The position numbers were made by a program, and so were the translations under genes. 52,898 nt of DNA from a virus (Duplodnaviria > Caudoviricetes), in the IMG/VR virus record IMGVR_UViG_3300025030_000139, positions 1 through 52,898 of that record, one strand, 5' to 3'. The number at the start of each line of letters is the position of its first letter. Position 1 is the first letter of the stretch. Under the pieces are notes generated by a model. That model did no database searches, was not told the DNA's origin, and saw only the letters and a program-made list of their open reading frames with translations. Shown piece by piece: positions 1 through 9,336 of the stretch.

Positions 1-152
1 AATTCTGTCAGCGTAAATCCAAAATATGTCTCCCCGCGCGTGACGGCCCGCATCCCTTCCAGCACGATCGTTCCTCCGATTCCGCCCGACGGGGATTCGA
101 TCTTGAGCGACGGCACGCCGCCGATCAATAGGTAGTCTACCGTCACGTTCGC
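1..152. repeat. Terminal direct repeat, left copy (circular assembly overlap)
   Basis: Bases 1-152 match 52747-52898 except A at 26 versus C at 52772. Confidence 0.97.
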
Positions 153-2279
153 CGCGCCGGCTATGCTCCGCTTGAACACCAACGACACGTTGATCGTGTC
201 TTGCCAGTCATACAGCGCATTGGCCTGCTTGATCGGCATCGGCCCAAAGACGAACAGCCGCGCCGTGCCGTCGGCCGCGATCGGAACAAAGTCTCCATCC
301 ACGTCGATCAGCCCGTAACTCACGCGCACCTTTCCGGTCAGGTCCGCGCCCGCGTCCGTGACCCTCGCCAGCACGTAGACCTCGCCCGCGGCCAACAGCC
401 GGTTATCGATCGTCAGCTGTGAACCGGTGAACTCCACCTCGGCCGTGTTGACCGACTTGGTTTCGGTCGATCCGAAGGTTAGTCCGTTCTGGTCCGGCGC
501 CAGAAAATCATCTAACGCAAATTGCGATAGCCACACCAGCGGCTCGCTGCCCGCCGACCCATACTCCAGTTCGATCCGCGTCCTGCCGGGCCCGCTGCCC
601 CCGATGCCGTCCACCAGCGCCCAATTGTCGTGTGTGCTGTCGTCGCTGTTATCGACCTGGCCGTCGCCGTCCTTCGTCCACAAAAACGGGATCGCCTCGC
701 ACGGCAAATCCTGATCGAGCGCCGCCTGCATCAACACGTCGTCCGCCGCGATCTGCTCCGCGCTCAAGGCTCGATCGTAGGTCGTGAAGCGCATGAAGCG
801 CCCGCCGCAGTTTTTGCCGCCGTCGTCGTCCGATCCGATGTACAGATACGTTTCGATCTCATTCGCAGCGTAATCGGTTCCACTGGCCAGCAGCGCGCCA
901 TTCATGTAGATCGCCAGCCCGCCCAGGCCATACACGAACGCCAGCCGGATCGAATCGTTGGCCGCAAAGGCGCCCGCCACGCCGATCACCTCGTTCGTGT
1001 TGTCGAAGAAGTGGAACGCATTATCACTTTCCTGATACCACGCCTGCAGCCCCAGTGCGCCGTTCCTGAAAAGCATTCGATCGTTCGTGTTCGTGCTGTC
1101 GTACCATGGAGCCCACGCCAGGACGATCGTACCCTCGCCCTCCTGCAGCGCCGCGCCCGCCGCAAGAATGGCCAGCTTGCCGGGTGTCCGCGTGCTGCTG
1201 CTCTCGTGCGCGGTTCCGTCCCATGCGCAGCCGATGAAGGAACCAACGCAGAGCGGTGTCGCATAATCCAGCGGCTCGAGCTGCGCCGCAAGCACATAGA
1301 TAGTATGGCCGTCCTGGATGGCAATCCCGTACTCGCCGCTGACATGCGTCGCGCTGCTGGCCGTGAGCATGTACAGACCGTTTCCAATAGATGAGTACAC
1401 CGTGTCAACCGGATCGCCGTCGACAATCAGCAAGCAGTCTGTAGTGCCGACCGCGGATTGGTCTGGCTTGATCACATACACGCTCAGCGTCACGGTTCCG
1501 GTCGTCGTGATATGTTGCGTAAATGAATTATCGCTCAACAGTGGCGACGTTCCGACGATTTGCGCGCTGCCCTTCGCGCCCGGATACACAAAGTGCTTAT
1601 CGGTGTTCTGATACACCACGCAGCCCGTGCCCGTGTTCCAATCCGTATCCCAGGCCGTGCTGTTTCCGAAGATCGGATTCGTGATCAGGTTCGTCGGCGA
1701 CGGCTCGAGCGTTGCTTCTGCCACCACCAGCCCGCGTCGCTCGTTGCCGGCCGCCCCGGCCCGCTCGTAATAGACCGCCCCGACGGCGCGTCCAACCCGC
1801 TGCTCTAGCCCGCGGGCATACGGCTTGATCTCCATGTCGAGTTTAAGGTTCGGCATCTGGTGCCACGATAACCCGCCCTGCCGCTCAAACTCGGCCCGGC
1901 CCTGCACCACCTCATACCGCAGTGGCGCGCCGAACTGCCCCCACAGCGGATCGGGCAGACTGTCGTCCAGCCGGTACTCAACCATCAGCGGCTCAACCTC
2001 GTCGCCCGCCTCATTCAACATCCGTTGCAGCGCCCGCGCTGCCTGCTGCGCCCCGCTCACCGTCTGCGGATCGAGGTCGATCCCCACGTCGAACGACCAC
2101 TCGCGGTTCACCGGCTTGCGGCTGATCAACCGTCCGCCCTCGCGGTTCAGCGCTGTCCCCTGCGCCGTCTGCACCTCGTGCTTCGTCGCCGGCGGCGTGA
2201 ACCCCCGCTCGAACTGATACACGTCCCCGCGCAGATTCAACACCCGCGCCCCCTTTACAAATCGCAATCCCGTCGTCAT
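1..2279 (-). CDS. Tail-tip protein (distal-tail-like) with LamG/ConA-like and carbohydrate-binding-like domains; 5' part, continues at 52746-52596 (about 809 aa in total)
   Basis: ATG at 2279 (MTTGLRFVKGARVLNL) is in frame with the 52596..52892 ORF across the overlap. LamG-like segment LAIYMNGALL...LYIGS...YDRALSAEQI. Lies directly downstream of the tape measure gene. Missing from the ORF track because it runs off the edge. Confidence 0.8.
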   Translation of the reverse strand, partial: MTTGLRFVKGARVLNLRGDVYQFERGFTPPATKHEVQTAQGTALNREGGRLISRKPVNREWSFDVGIDLDPQTVSGAQQAARALQRMLNEAGDEVEPLMVEYRLDDSLPDPLWGQFGAPLRYEVVQGRAEFERQGGLSWHQMPNLKLDMEIKPYARGLEQRVGRAVGAVYYERAGAAGNERRGLVVAEATLEPSPTNLITNPIFGNSTAWDTDWNTGTGCVVYQNTDKHFVYPGAKGSAQIVGTSPLLSDNSFTQHITTTGTVTLSVYVIKPDQSAVGTTDCLLIVDGDPVDTVYSSIGNGLYMLTASSATHVSGEYGIAIQDGHTIYVLAAQLEPLDYATPLCVGSFIGCAWDGTAHESSSTRTPGKLAILAAGAALQEGEGTIVLAWAPWYDSTNTNDRMLFRNGALGLQAWYQESDNAFHFFDNTNEVIGVAGAFAANDSIRLAFVYGLGGLAIYMNGALLASGTDYAANEIETYLYIGSDDDGGKNCGGRFMRFTTYDRALSAEQIAADDVLMQAALDQDLPCEAIPFLWTKDGDGQVDNSDDSTHDNWALVDGIGGSGPGRTRIELEYGSAGSEPLVWLSQFALDDFLAPDQNGLTFGSTETKSVNTAEVEFTGSQLTIDNRLLAAGEVYVLARVTDAGADLTGKVRVSYGLIDVDGDFVPIAADGTARLFVFGPMPIKQANALYDWQDTINVSLVFKRSIAGAANVTVDYLLIGGVPSLKIESPSGGIGGTIVLEGMRAVTRGETYFGFTLTE

Positions 2280-2291
2280 GTCACCACCTGT

Positions 2292-2422
2292 ATCATTCCC
2301 GCGCAGGCGGGAATCCATCATCCGTTGCCCCGCTGTTCACCTAACAAACATTACATACACTGCTTTTTCGTGTAGCTGTGCTACTTCCCCACCTGTGTCA
2401 TTCTGAGCGAAGCGAAGAATCT
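2292..2422. repeat. Intergenic palindromic elements TCATTCCCGCGCAGGCGGGAATCCA and GTCATTCTGAGCGAAGCGAAGAATCT
   Basis: Hairpin motifs; relatives at 5863-5915, 6406-6432 and 38989-39020. Confidence 0.75.
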
Positions 2423-2456
2423 CACTTTCCACTTCGCACTTCCCACTTTAGTCACT

Positions 2457-5400
2457 TCACACTTCCCACTTCCCTCCCATCCCGTTCCGCTCCGCCTCGT
2501 TCGCCATCTTCCCCAACCGCTGCGCGATGATCTCCGCCAGCCTCGCCTCGCTCATCCCCGGCGCCGCCGTCACATTGATCGTCGGCGCGATCGTAATCGA
2601 CCTCATCACTCCCCCCTCTCCCTGTGGGAGAGGGGCCGGGGGTGAGGTCTTAAACGCCTCCGCCGGCACCGCCTGCCGCCCTTCCCGCATCGCCTTGCTC
2701 AATACAAACTCATCGTCGTGCAGGTAATACAACCCCCGCATCACCTCCCCGCCGTACTGCCGGCCGGGCGCTCTCGCCGGGGCAGGCGCTCTCGCCGGGC
2801 CGCCTGCTGCCGCGGCCCCGCCCGAAATATCGGGTATCTCACCAACCGTCGTGATCTTGATCTTCACATCTATCAGGCGCGGGATCTTGTCAAGCGTGGT
2901 GATCACCTCGCCAACCCGCGTATTCGCCGCGGTCGACGCCGTCTGCACCACCACCATCGTGTCGCGGATCGCATTCTGCGCCCCGGTCGTCGCCGTCTGC
3001 ACCACCACCATCGTGTCGCGGATCGCATTCTGCGCCCCGGTCGTCGCCGTCTTCACCGCATCGGCCGCCGTCGTCGCCTTCCCCTTGGCCTCGTCGGTCT
3101 TTCGCCCGGCGTTCTGCCAACCCTCTCCCATATCAAGCAAATCTTGCTTGGAGAGTTTCTTGACTTTGGTCGACACCGCCTCCGTCCCGGACGCCACCCC
3201 GTCCAACGCACCTTTGCTATTCAGCAGAAGATCGTACCAGTTGGCCGCATCGGGGTTGGTCAAAGCGGCCACCAGTGTTTCCTGCTTGATCGCCGCGGTC
3301 AGAGCGCTCTGGGAATACAAATGCGTGATGTCATTCAGCGCCGAAGCCCGGCGATTGTATTCGTCCACGGACAAGGCACCAGTCTGCAATGCCTCTCCAA
3401 GTGCATCGAAGGCCGATCTCGCCTTGTCAACTTCACCCGCCCGCTGCATCGCGGCGATTTCCTCTTCCAGCGCGGTCTTGTGGTCCTGTTGAGCCTTCGT
3501 CGCCCCGCCCACCACGGCCGTGTGCTCGCCCAACTTCGTCGTCAGTTCTGCCTGTTGTTCTTTCAGGCCTGCCATGCGGGCGCCATATTCCGCGTCCGTC
3601 TCGTTCTTCTTCCGCTGCGCCAGCGTCACGTCTTCCGTGACGGCCGCCAGTTTCGCTTCGGCCGTCGCTCGTTCCTCGGCGCTCAGTTTCGCGTTCCGCA
3701 CCACAGCGTTGTGCGCCGGCCCCTGCGCCGCGATCTCTTTCTCCACGTCGCGCAGTTCCTTCATCTTCTCCGCCAGCGCCTTCTCTTGATCGGTGTATCC
3801 AATCGCCAGGCTGCGCGCATTCGTCACCGCGCCCCAACCGCTGGTGACTTTCTCCGTCAGATTATCTTGCGAATCGGCTAGATCGTCGGTCGCGCCATTA
3901 ACGATCATCATCGCAGCGGACATCTCGCTGTACGCTTCTGCCCGTTTCTTCGCCCCGAGCGCCAAATCCTCTTGTTGCTTCGCCAGTTTATATTGCGATC
4001 CCGTCATTTCGGATTGAAGACCAATGGCCTTCTTGATCTCATTGCTCACGGTTTTGGTTGCAGCGCTCAGTTCCCGCTGCACGCCTTGATACACTGCGCT
4101 GTTTTTCTGAATGCTGCGGTTGTGTTCTTGCTCCGCACGCATCTGTTTATACTCTGCTTCGGTCCTCTCATAATGGGCCATGACGGTTTTTTTGATTTCG
4201 CCGTTCATCCCCCGCGTCACTTCGATCAAGTTCCCTTCGGCGTCCACCTGCAGGCCGACCACATCCGCCGCCCGACGTACTTCCGCCTGATATTCTGCGT
4301 AGGTTCCCGCGCTCGAGCGCATCGCCACTTCGTGGTCGATCACCGCCTGGCGCAGCCGGTTCGTGCCATTGGTCACGATTTCGACGGCAGCTCCTGCTTG
4401 CTGCATGCGGTCATCGCGGTTGTTGGCCATCTTCAGCAGGTCTTCATTCGTCGCCCGCGAGGCATCGCCGATATTCTTAATAAGTCCGGCCACGAGAATC
4501 AATCCGGCGACGAGTAACCCTCCCGCGGCAAAGACCGTGCCCACCGTGGCCGCGGCCACGCCCATCGCATGGAGGCCCTGAACGATAAGCCCCAGGGTGG
4601 AAATGAACCGCCCGGCGATCGACAACAGCGGCCCGATCACCGCCGCCAGCGCGAAGAGTGTGACGATCGTCTGCTGCGTTCCCGACGACAGGTTCTTGAA
4701 CCACTCCGCCACGCTCTTGAGCGCATCCCCCAATTGCTTCAACACCGGCAGCACCGCCGGCAGCACGCTGCTCCCCAGCGTGATCAATAAGTCCTGCCCC
4801 TGTGCCAGTGCGGCCTGGAATTTGAACTTGGCCGTCTTGCTCGCCGCATCGAAGGCCTTATCCAGATCAGCGACCCCCGCCTTGGCGAGTTTCTGGAAGA
4901 TCGTGTTCGTCTTGTCCGCGTTCTCTCCCGTCAGCGACAGTAGCCCTCGGAAACCCCGGATGTTCGGGAAGATCGCCGCCAATGCCTCGTCGTCGTCGCC
5001 GATACGCTCGCGCAGCGTGTTGAGCACCGCCAGCAATCCTTCTTCCCGGATTTGCTCGCGCAATCCCTTAGCGGATAGCCCTACGCTTTCCAGTGTATCG
5101 CTCGCCTGCTCGCTCGGCTTCAACAGCGCCGTCATGATGCCGGACAGGTTCGTCGCGCTTTCTGCCGCATCAAACCCCACCAGCGTTTGCGCCGCCAGCG
5201 CCGCGCTCACCTGGTCGAACGAAATCCCCAACTGCGCTGCGATTGGGATCACGCGCCCCAGCGCCGGCGCGATCTCGTTAGCCTCGCCCTTCCCCTCGCG
5301 CACCGCCGCCACCAGGATGCCCGTCGCCGTCCCGGCATCCAGGTTGCTGTCCGCGTAGGCGTTCAGCGCGCTTGTCACCGCGTCCGCCACGATCTGCGTA

Positions 5401-5852
5401 TCGCCCAGACCCGCGCTCGCCGCCTTCGCGCTCTGCGTCAGCACGTCCATCGCCTTCGCGTCGTCGATGCCCGCGCTGGTGATGAAGTACAGCGCCTTCG
5501 CCAGTTCTGTCGGCGCCTTGCCGACCTTCGGCCCCAGGTCCAAAATCTGGTCCGACCACGCCTTAACCTGCTCCTGGCTCTTCCCGACCAGCCCCTCGAT
5601 CTGGCTCATCGACGATTCGAAGTCCATCGCCATCTTCGCGCTGGCCGCGCCCACTGCCACGATCGGCAGCGTCACGTCCCGCGACAACTGATCGCCGGCG
5701 CTCTTCATCTTGTCGCCGACCTTCTTCAGCTTGTCGCCCGTCGCGGAAAGTTTCCCCTCGAACTCGCGCAGCTTATCGCCCACCTTGGCCAGATTGTCCA
5801 GGGTGGTGCTGACATCAATTAAAATCTTCCCGTAAGCGCTGCCTAGTAGCAT
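2457..5852 (-). CDS. Tape measure protein (TP901-like), 1131 aa
   Basis: Ala-rich helical sequence with motif AMDFESSMSQIEG...ELAKALYFITSAG and a central hydrophobic segment; located in the tail operon. Confidence 0.95.
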   Translation of the reverse strand: MLLGSAYGKILIDVSTTLDNLAKVGDKLREFEGKLSATGDKLKKVGDKMKSAGDQLSRDVTLPIVAVGAASAKMAMDFESSMSQIEGLVGKSQEQVKAWSDQILDLGPKVGKAPTELAKALYFITSAGIDDAKAMDVLTQSAKAASAGLGDTQIVADAVTSALNAYADSNLDAGTATGILVAAVREGKGEANEIAPALGRVIPIAAQLGISFDQVSAALAAQTLVGFDAAESATNLSGIMTALLKPSEQASDTLESVGLSAKGLREQIREEGLLAVLNTLRERIGDDDEALAAIFPNIRGFRGLLSLTGENADKTNTIFQKLAKAGVADLDKAFDAASKTAKFKFQAALAQGQDLLITLGSSVLPAVLPVLKQLGDALKSVAEWFKNLSSGTQQTIVTLFALAAVIGPLLSIAGRFISTLGLIVQGLHAMGVAAATVGTVFAAGGLLVAGLILVAGLIKNIGDASRATNEDLLKMANNRDDRMQQAGAAVEIVTNGTNRLRQAVIDHEVAMRSSAGTYAEYQAEVRRAADVVGLQVDAEGNLIEVTRGMNGEIKKTVMAHYERTEAEYKQMRAEQEHNRSIQKNSAVYQGVQRELSAATKTVSNEIKKAIGLQSEMTGSQYKLAKQQEDLALGAKKRAEAYSEMSAAMMIVNGATDDLADSQDNLTEKVTSGWGAVTNARSLAIGYTDQEKALAEKMKELRDVEKEIAAQGPAHNAVVRNAKLSAEERATAEAKLAAVTEDVTLAQRKKNETDAEYGARMAGLKEQQAELTTKLGEHTAVVGGATKAQQDHKTALEEEIAAMQRAGEVDKARSAFDALGEALQTGALSVDEYNRRASALNDITHLYSQSALTAAIKQETLVAALTNPDAANWYDLLLNSKGALDGVASGTEAVSTKVKKLSKQDLLDMGEGWQNAGRKTDEAKGKATTAADAVKTATTGAQNAIRDTMVVVQTATTGAQNAIRDTMVVVQTASTAANTRVGEVITTLDKIPRLIDVKIKITTVGEIPDISGGAAAAGGPARAPAPARAPGRQYGGEVMRGLYYLHDDEFVLSKAMREGRQAVPAEAFKTSPPAPLPQGEGGVMRSITIAPTINVTAAPGMSEARLAEIIAQRLGKMANEAERNGMGGKWEV
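2938..3050. repeat. 54-bp exact tandem duplication inside the tape measure gene (TATTGAQNAIRDTMVVVQ x2)
   Basis: Direct repeat visible in DNA and protein. Confidence 0.9.
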
Positions 5853-5862
5853 TCAGATCCTC

Positions 5863-5915
5863 GTCATTGCGAGCGAAGCGCGCGGCCCGTCATTGCGAGC
5901 GAAGCGAAGCAATCT
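5863..5915. repeat. GTCATTGCGAGCGAAGCG(AAGCAATCT) palindromic element, two copies; a third at 6406-6432
   Basis: Repeated motif on both sides of the 5951..6394 gene. Confidence 0.8.
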
Positions 5916-5950
5916 CCAACTTCACACTTCACACTTCTCACTTCCCACTT

Positions 5951-6394
5951 CTACCTCACCAACTCTTTCAGCATGTTTTCCAGCACCGGCAGATTCCCCT
6001 CGAACGTCGACACCACGATCGCATACCGCGCCCCGTGGCTCAGTTCAAGGTACTTCCCGTAATACATCGTGTGGCTCAGCGCCAGCATCAGCGTCCCGTG
6101 CGGCGCCCGCTCCTCCACCACATCCGCTTGGCTTCCCAGTGATGGAACATCGCCGCTGATAACTCCGACGATCGGCGGCAGCCCAAGCCCCTCCACCGCG
6201 AAGAACATCCCGTCGCGCGCATTGCCCGTCCGGTGTGTCCACGGTGCGCCCATCCGCGCCTCGTTCTGCATCTTCTGCCCCACGTAAGCCGCCACGGCGT
6301 GCACCGCCGCCAGCAGCTGCTTGCTGTAGAGGCCCAGGTTATTTTTTAAGACAGAGGGCGGCGTAACCCAATACGCCCCCGTGCTCACAGCCAT
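5951..6394 (-). CDS. HK97-gp10-like tail completion protein
   Basis: APWTHRTGNAR and YYGKYLEL motifs; tail operon. Confidence 0.7.
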   Translation of the reverse strand: MAVSTGAYWVTPPSVLKNNLGLYSKQLLAAVHAVAAYVGQKMQNEARMGAPWTHRTGNARDGMFFAVEGLGLPPIVGVISGDVPSLGSQADVVEERAPHGTLMLALSHTMYYGKYLELSHGARYAIVVSTFEGNLPVLENMLKELVR

Positions 6395-6469
6395 CTCACA
6401 CCTCCGTCATTGCGAGCGCAGCGAAGCAATCTCCTCATCACCTAATATCCCTTATCCCCACTTCGCACT

Positions 6470-6880
6470 TTAGTCACTTTCCACTTTAGTCACTTTCACC
6501 TCTCTCAGCATCGACACCGGATTCACTCCCCACCGTCCATTCACGTCAGGCTTGAACGGCGCCGCCTCGCAAATCACCCGCGCCTTGAACGTTTTGCTCG
6601 CCACGCCGTTCTTGAAATTGAAATCGACCCGCACGGTGATGTCGCGCGTCACCGGCGAGATTTCTTCTACTTCGCCGATTGCCGCGTCATTCAATCGCAT
6701 CCACGCGAAGCGCGCGCGCATCTCCTCGATCGGCTCGGACCGGCTCTTGATCCACGTGATCTGGCACAGCTCTGCCATCTCGCCCCAGCGCCGTTTCTTC
6801 CACGCCGCGATGAACGAGGCGAGCGCTTTCTCAGCCGTTCCATCGGTATAACCTTCTGGCTTGACCATTTCATCCCCCAT
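6470..6880 (-). CDS. Hypothetical protein (possibly NTF2-like fold)
   Basis: Co-directional 136-aa ORF overlapping the upstream stop. Confidence 0.65.
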   Translation of the reverse strand: MGDEMVKPEGYTDGTAEKALASFIAAWKKRRWGEMAELCQITWIKSRSEPIEEMRARFAWMRLNDAAIGEVEEISPVTRDITVRVDFNFKNGVASKTFKARVICEAAPFKPDVNGRWGVNPVSMLREVKVTKVESD

Positions 6881-7682
6881 CCTTCTCGATAATCAACCCA
6901 TACGACGTGGTCACGAACTCGCCTAGCTCCAGCCTCAAATGCACCTGTTGCTGATACGGTGGCCGATCCACAGACCAATCCGCCTTTCCCGCCCCCAGAT
7001 TGAAACTCAGGCTGATGGCGTGGCACTCGTCCCGCAACCGCTGACCGATCCGCTCCAGGTCTTGACGCCGGTACAGCCCCGTCGGCCATGCTCTGCCGTC
7101 GCCCAGTCCGCCCGCCCCCATCGTCTCATCCTCAGAGGAGAGATTAAATTCGGTGGTGTGGACCGCAATCCCGCCCGGCCGCAGGCACTTCAATGCGTCG
7201 AAGATAAACGCCTCGCCCGCTTCCAAACTGCCCAGGTGCTCCAGCGAGCACGCCGACCATACAAAGTCAAAACCGCTCAAATCATCCGGCACAGCCCGCA
7301 TGTCCACGAACCGGAACTCGACCCGCTCGCTGAATTCTTTCGGCGGGCACAGCGCCCGCCGGTTCAACTCCGCCCGATCGGCCGCATGCATGGCCGCGTC
7401 CACCCATCCGCCCGACCGCGCCGCGTCTGTCGTCTGATCCGTCGCCGTGATCTGGCAGCCCAAACTGGCAAACAGCGCCGGCAGCGGCTCCTGCCCCACC
7501 GCAAACCCCAGCCCGCGCCGGCCTGGTCCCAACTGGCCCCGCTCCTGCAGCGCCTGCGCGATGAAACACCACTCCCACACCTTCCGGTGCAGATGCAGAC
7601 GCCGCTCGCCCATCCGCGTCGCCCATCCCTGAAACGGCTCAGATTCCAATTGCGCCTGATGGCATATGCCCGATCTCAGCAT
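6870..7682 (-). CDS. Class I SAM-dependent methyltransferase
   Basis: GLGFAVGQEP, FDFVWSACSLEH and LRPGG motifs; ATG at 7682 with a purine-rich RBS (alternative TTG at 7739). Confidence 0.85.
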   Translation of the reverse strand: MLRSGICHQAQLESEPFQGWATRMGERRLHLHRKVWEWCFIAQALQERGQLGPGRRGLGFAVGQEPLPALFASLGCQITATDQTTDAARSGGWVDAAMHAADRAELNRRALCPPKEFSERVEFRFVDMRAVPDDLSGFDFVWSACSLEHLGSLEAGEAFIFDALKCLRPGGIAVHTTEFNLSSEDETMGAGGLGDGRAWPTGLYRRQDLERIGQRLRDECHAISLSFNLGAGKADWSVDRPPYQQQVHLRLELGEFVTTSYGLIIEKDGG

Positions 7683-7735
7683 CTCTTTCCTTCTCCCATC
7701 TCCCTGTGGGAGAGGGGCCGGGGGTGAGGTCTTCG

Positions 7736-8026
7736 TCAATCCACCTTCCTCACTCTCTTAAACGGATACCGGCTGCGCACGCTGGCATACTTTCCGGCGC
7801 GTCCCTGTGCTCGCGGCATTTGATCCGGCGGTCCATCCCACAGCAATTGATCGAGGCCTTTTCCATCGGTCAACCCCGCCTCGACCTCGCGCCCGACGCG
7901 CAGCGCCGCCGTATCGATCTGATACGCCGTCCACGAATCGTCGATTTCCAGAAACGCGCTAGGCCGCTGGCTGTACGCCGTCCCCAGGTTGTGCAGCCTC
8001 CACAGGTTCCTCCGGCTCGCCGCGAA
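7736..8026 (-). CDS. Frameshift extension (GT-like part) of the tail assembly chaperone
   Basis: The +1 frame is open from AAA-TTT-CGC (8030-8022), reading FAASRRNLWRLHNLGTAYSQRPSAFLEIDDSW...RKVD to a stop at 7736; no independent start seen. Confidence 0.65.
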   Translation of the reverse strand, partial: FAASRRNLWRLHNLGTAYSQRPSAFLEIDDSWTAYQIDTAALRVGREVEAGLTDGKGLDQLLWDGPPDQMPRAQGRAGKYASVRSRYPFKRVRKVD

Positions 8027-8441
8027 ATTTTGCCAGCGGCGCGCCTCCCTGCATTGCCCACCCCAGGATGTCCACCTTATCCTCGACCGGCAGTTCGTCG
8101 ATGCCCAGCGTCGTCTCGCTCGGTTCGTCCGTGATCGGCGGATCGATCACGCACATCCGGCAGAACGAATTGATCAGCGGCATGAACTCCGCCAGGTTCG
8201 CCGCCGTCAATTGCCCGCTATTCTCGGACAGCTGATCGATCTTCGGCCCCAACAGCGCCGGGATCTCGCCCATCCCGATCGCCAGGTCGAGCACGCTGAC
8301 CCGCCGCAGGCGCACGGTCAGACCGCTCACCGGCAGCGTATGCTCTTCCCCCTGCCGGAACCTGGCCAGGTCGGCGCGTGTTTCATCACGCTGGCCGTTC
8401 TGCTTCGGTGGCGCCGTAAGTGGAACTGACTTCGTAGCCAC
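7959..8441 (-). CDS. Tail assembly chaperone
   Basis: Immediately downstream of the tail tube gene; ends LAKFR plus an acidic tail. Confidence 0.75.
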   Translation of the reverse strand: MATKSVPLTAPPKQNGQRDETRADLARFRQGEEHTLPVSGLTVRLRRVSVLDLAIGMGEIPALLGPKIDQLSENSGQLTAANLAEFMPLINSFCRMCVIDPPITDEPSETTLGIDELPVEDKVDILGWAMQGGAPLAKFRGEPEEPVEAAQPGDGVQPAA

Positions 8442-8442
8442 G

Positions 8443-8970
8443 TTAGATGATGGCCCCGAGCGCGGCCGCCGTCTCGTGCTCGATGAAATCCCACACCCCG
8501 TTCACGTCGTCGTCCACCGCGATCCCCTTAAACCCCGACGAGAAAAATTGCCCGTCGGCAAACGACCCTTCCAGCCCGCTGGTCAGCTTGCACTTGTACA
8601 GCACCACATGGATGTCGTCCGTCGCCGCCTCGCCCAGCGATCGTCCCTGCAGTTGAAAATACGGGAACGATTTTTGAGAGTCGCCCACCAGCGATGTCTG
8701 CTCGTTCGGCGTGCTGCCCGAAGTCGTCACCGTGCGGCCCGTCATCGTCGCATACGCCGCCAGCGAAATCCCGCCGCGCTCGATCTCGAAGTCGGCCGCC
8801 TCGCTGATCGACGCCACCGCCGACAATTTATCGCCGCCGCTCAGCGTCCCGGTCCGCAGCCGCTCCGTGAACTTCAGCGTCTGCTCGATGCCCACCGCCA
8901 CGCCCGTCCCGCCCGGCAGTGAATAAACCTTGATCTCTCGCAGCCCAAATGGCTTGTCACCGTAAGACAT
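8443..8970 (-). CDS. Major tail tube protein
   Basis: 175-aa beta-rich protein (PFGLREIK...HVVLYKCK) between terminator and chaperone. Confidence 0.8.
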   Translation of the reverse strand: MSYGDKPFGLREIKVYSLPGGTGVAVGIEQTLKFTERLRTGTLSGGDKLSAVASISEAADFEIERGGISLAAYATMTGRTVTTSGSTPNEQTSLVGDSQKSFPYFQLQGRSLGEAATDDIHVVLYKCKLTSGLEGSFADGQFFSSGFKGIAVDDDVNGVWDFIEHETAAALGAII

Positions 8971-8981
8971 GTCAGTCCTCC

Positions 8982-9287
8982 TCAGTCCTCAATAGTTTTG
9001 TGTTTGCGGCGCGGTTTTTCCAGTGCAGGACTGTCCGTCGCCGCAGAACCGGACAACGCCTGATCGATCACGGCCTGCACGATCTCCTCGGCCGTGTAAC
9101 TCGACAACAAGGGTTCGTCGGGCGACAGCGCAAAATCCGGCCGCGGATACGTCAACAGGTTCGCCGCGACGGCCAGATTATCCACCGTCGCCGTGTAACC
9201 GTTCTCCGCCGACCACCTGAACCGATCGACAATCCGCTCGCCAAACGCCCGCAGATAAACAATCCGTACACTCGTGATGGTGATCAT
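8982..9287 (-). CDS. Hypothetical protein
   Basis: AGGAGG RBS before ATG at 9287. Confidence 0.65.
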   Translation of the reverse strand: MITITSVRIVYLRAFGERIVDRFRWSAENGYTATVDNLAVAANLLTYPRPDFALSPDEPLLSSYTAEEIVQAVIDQALSGSAATDSPALEKPRRKHKTIED

Positions 9288-9336
9288 CCAGCCTCCTAAC
9301 TCCCTCTCCCTTTTAGGGAGAGGGCTGGGGTGAGGG

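Noticed and set aside
1-152. Terminal repeat as physical phage DTR, or its mismatch as DGR variation
   Set aside because: It falls mid-gene and is read-length sized, so it is most likely assembly overlap. There is a single mismatch near the contig end and no reverse transcriptase gene.
7870-8061. -1 frameshift product of the chaperone
   Set aside because: Short, low-complexity Arg-rich frame that leaves a gap; the +1 frame is protein-like and fills the interval
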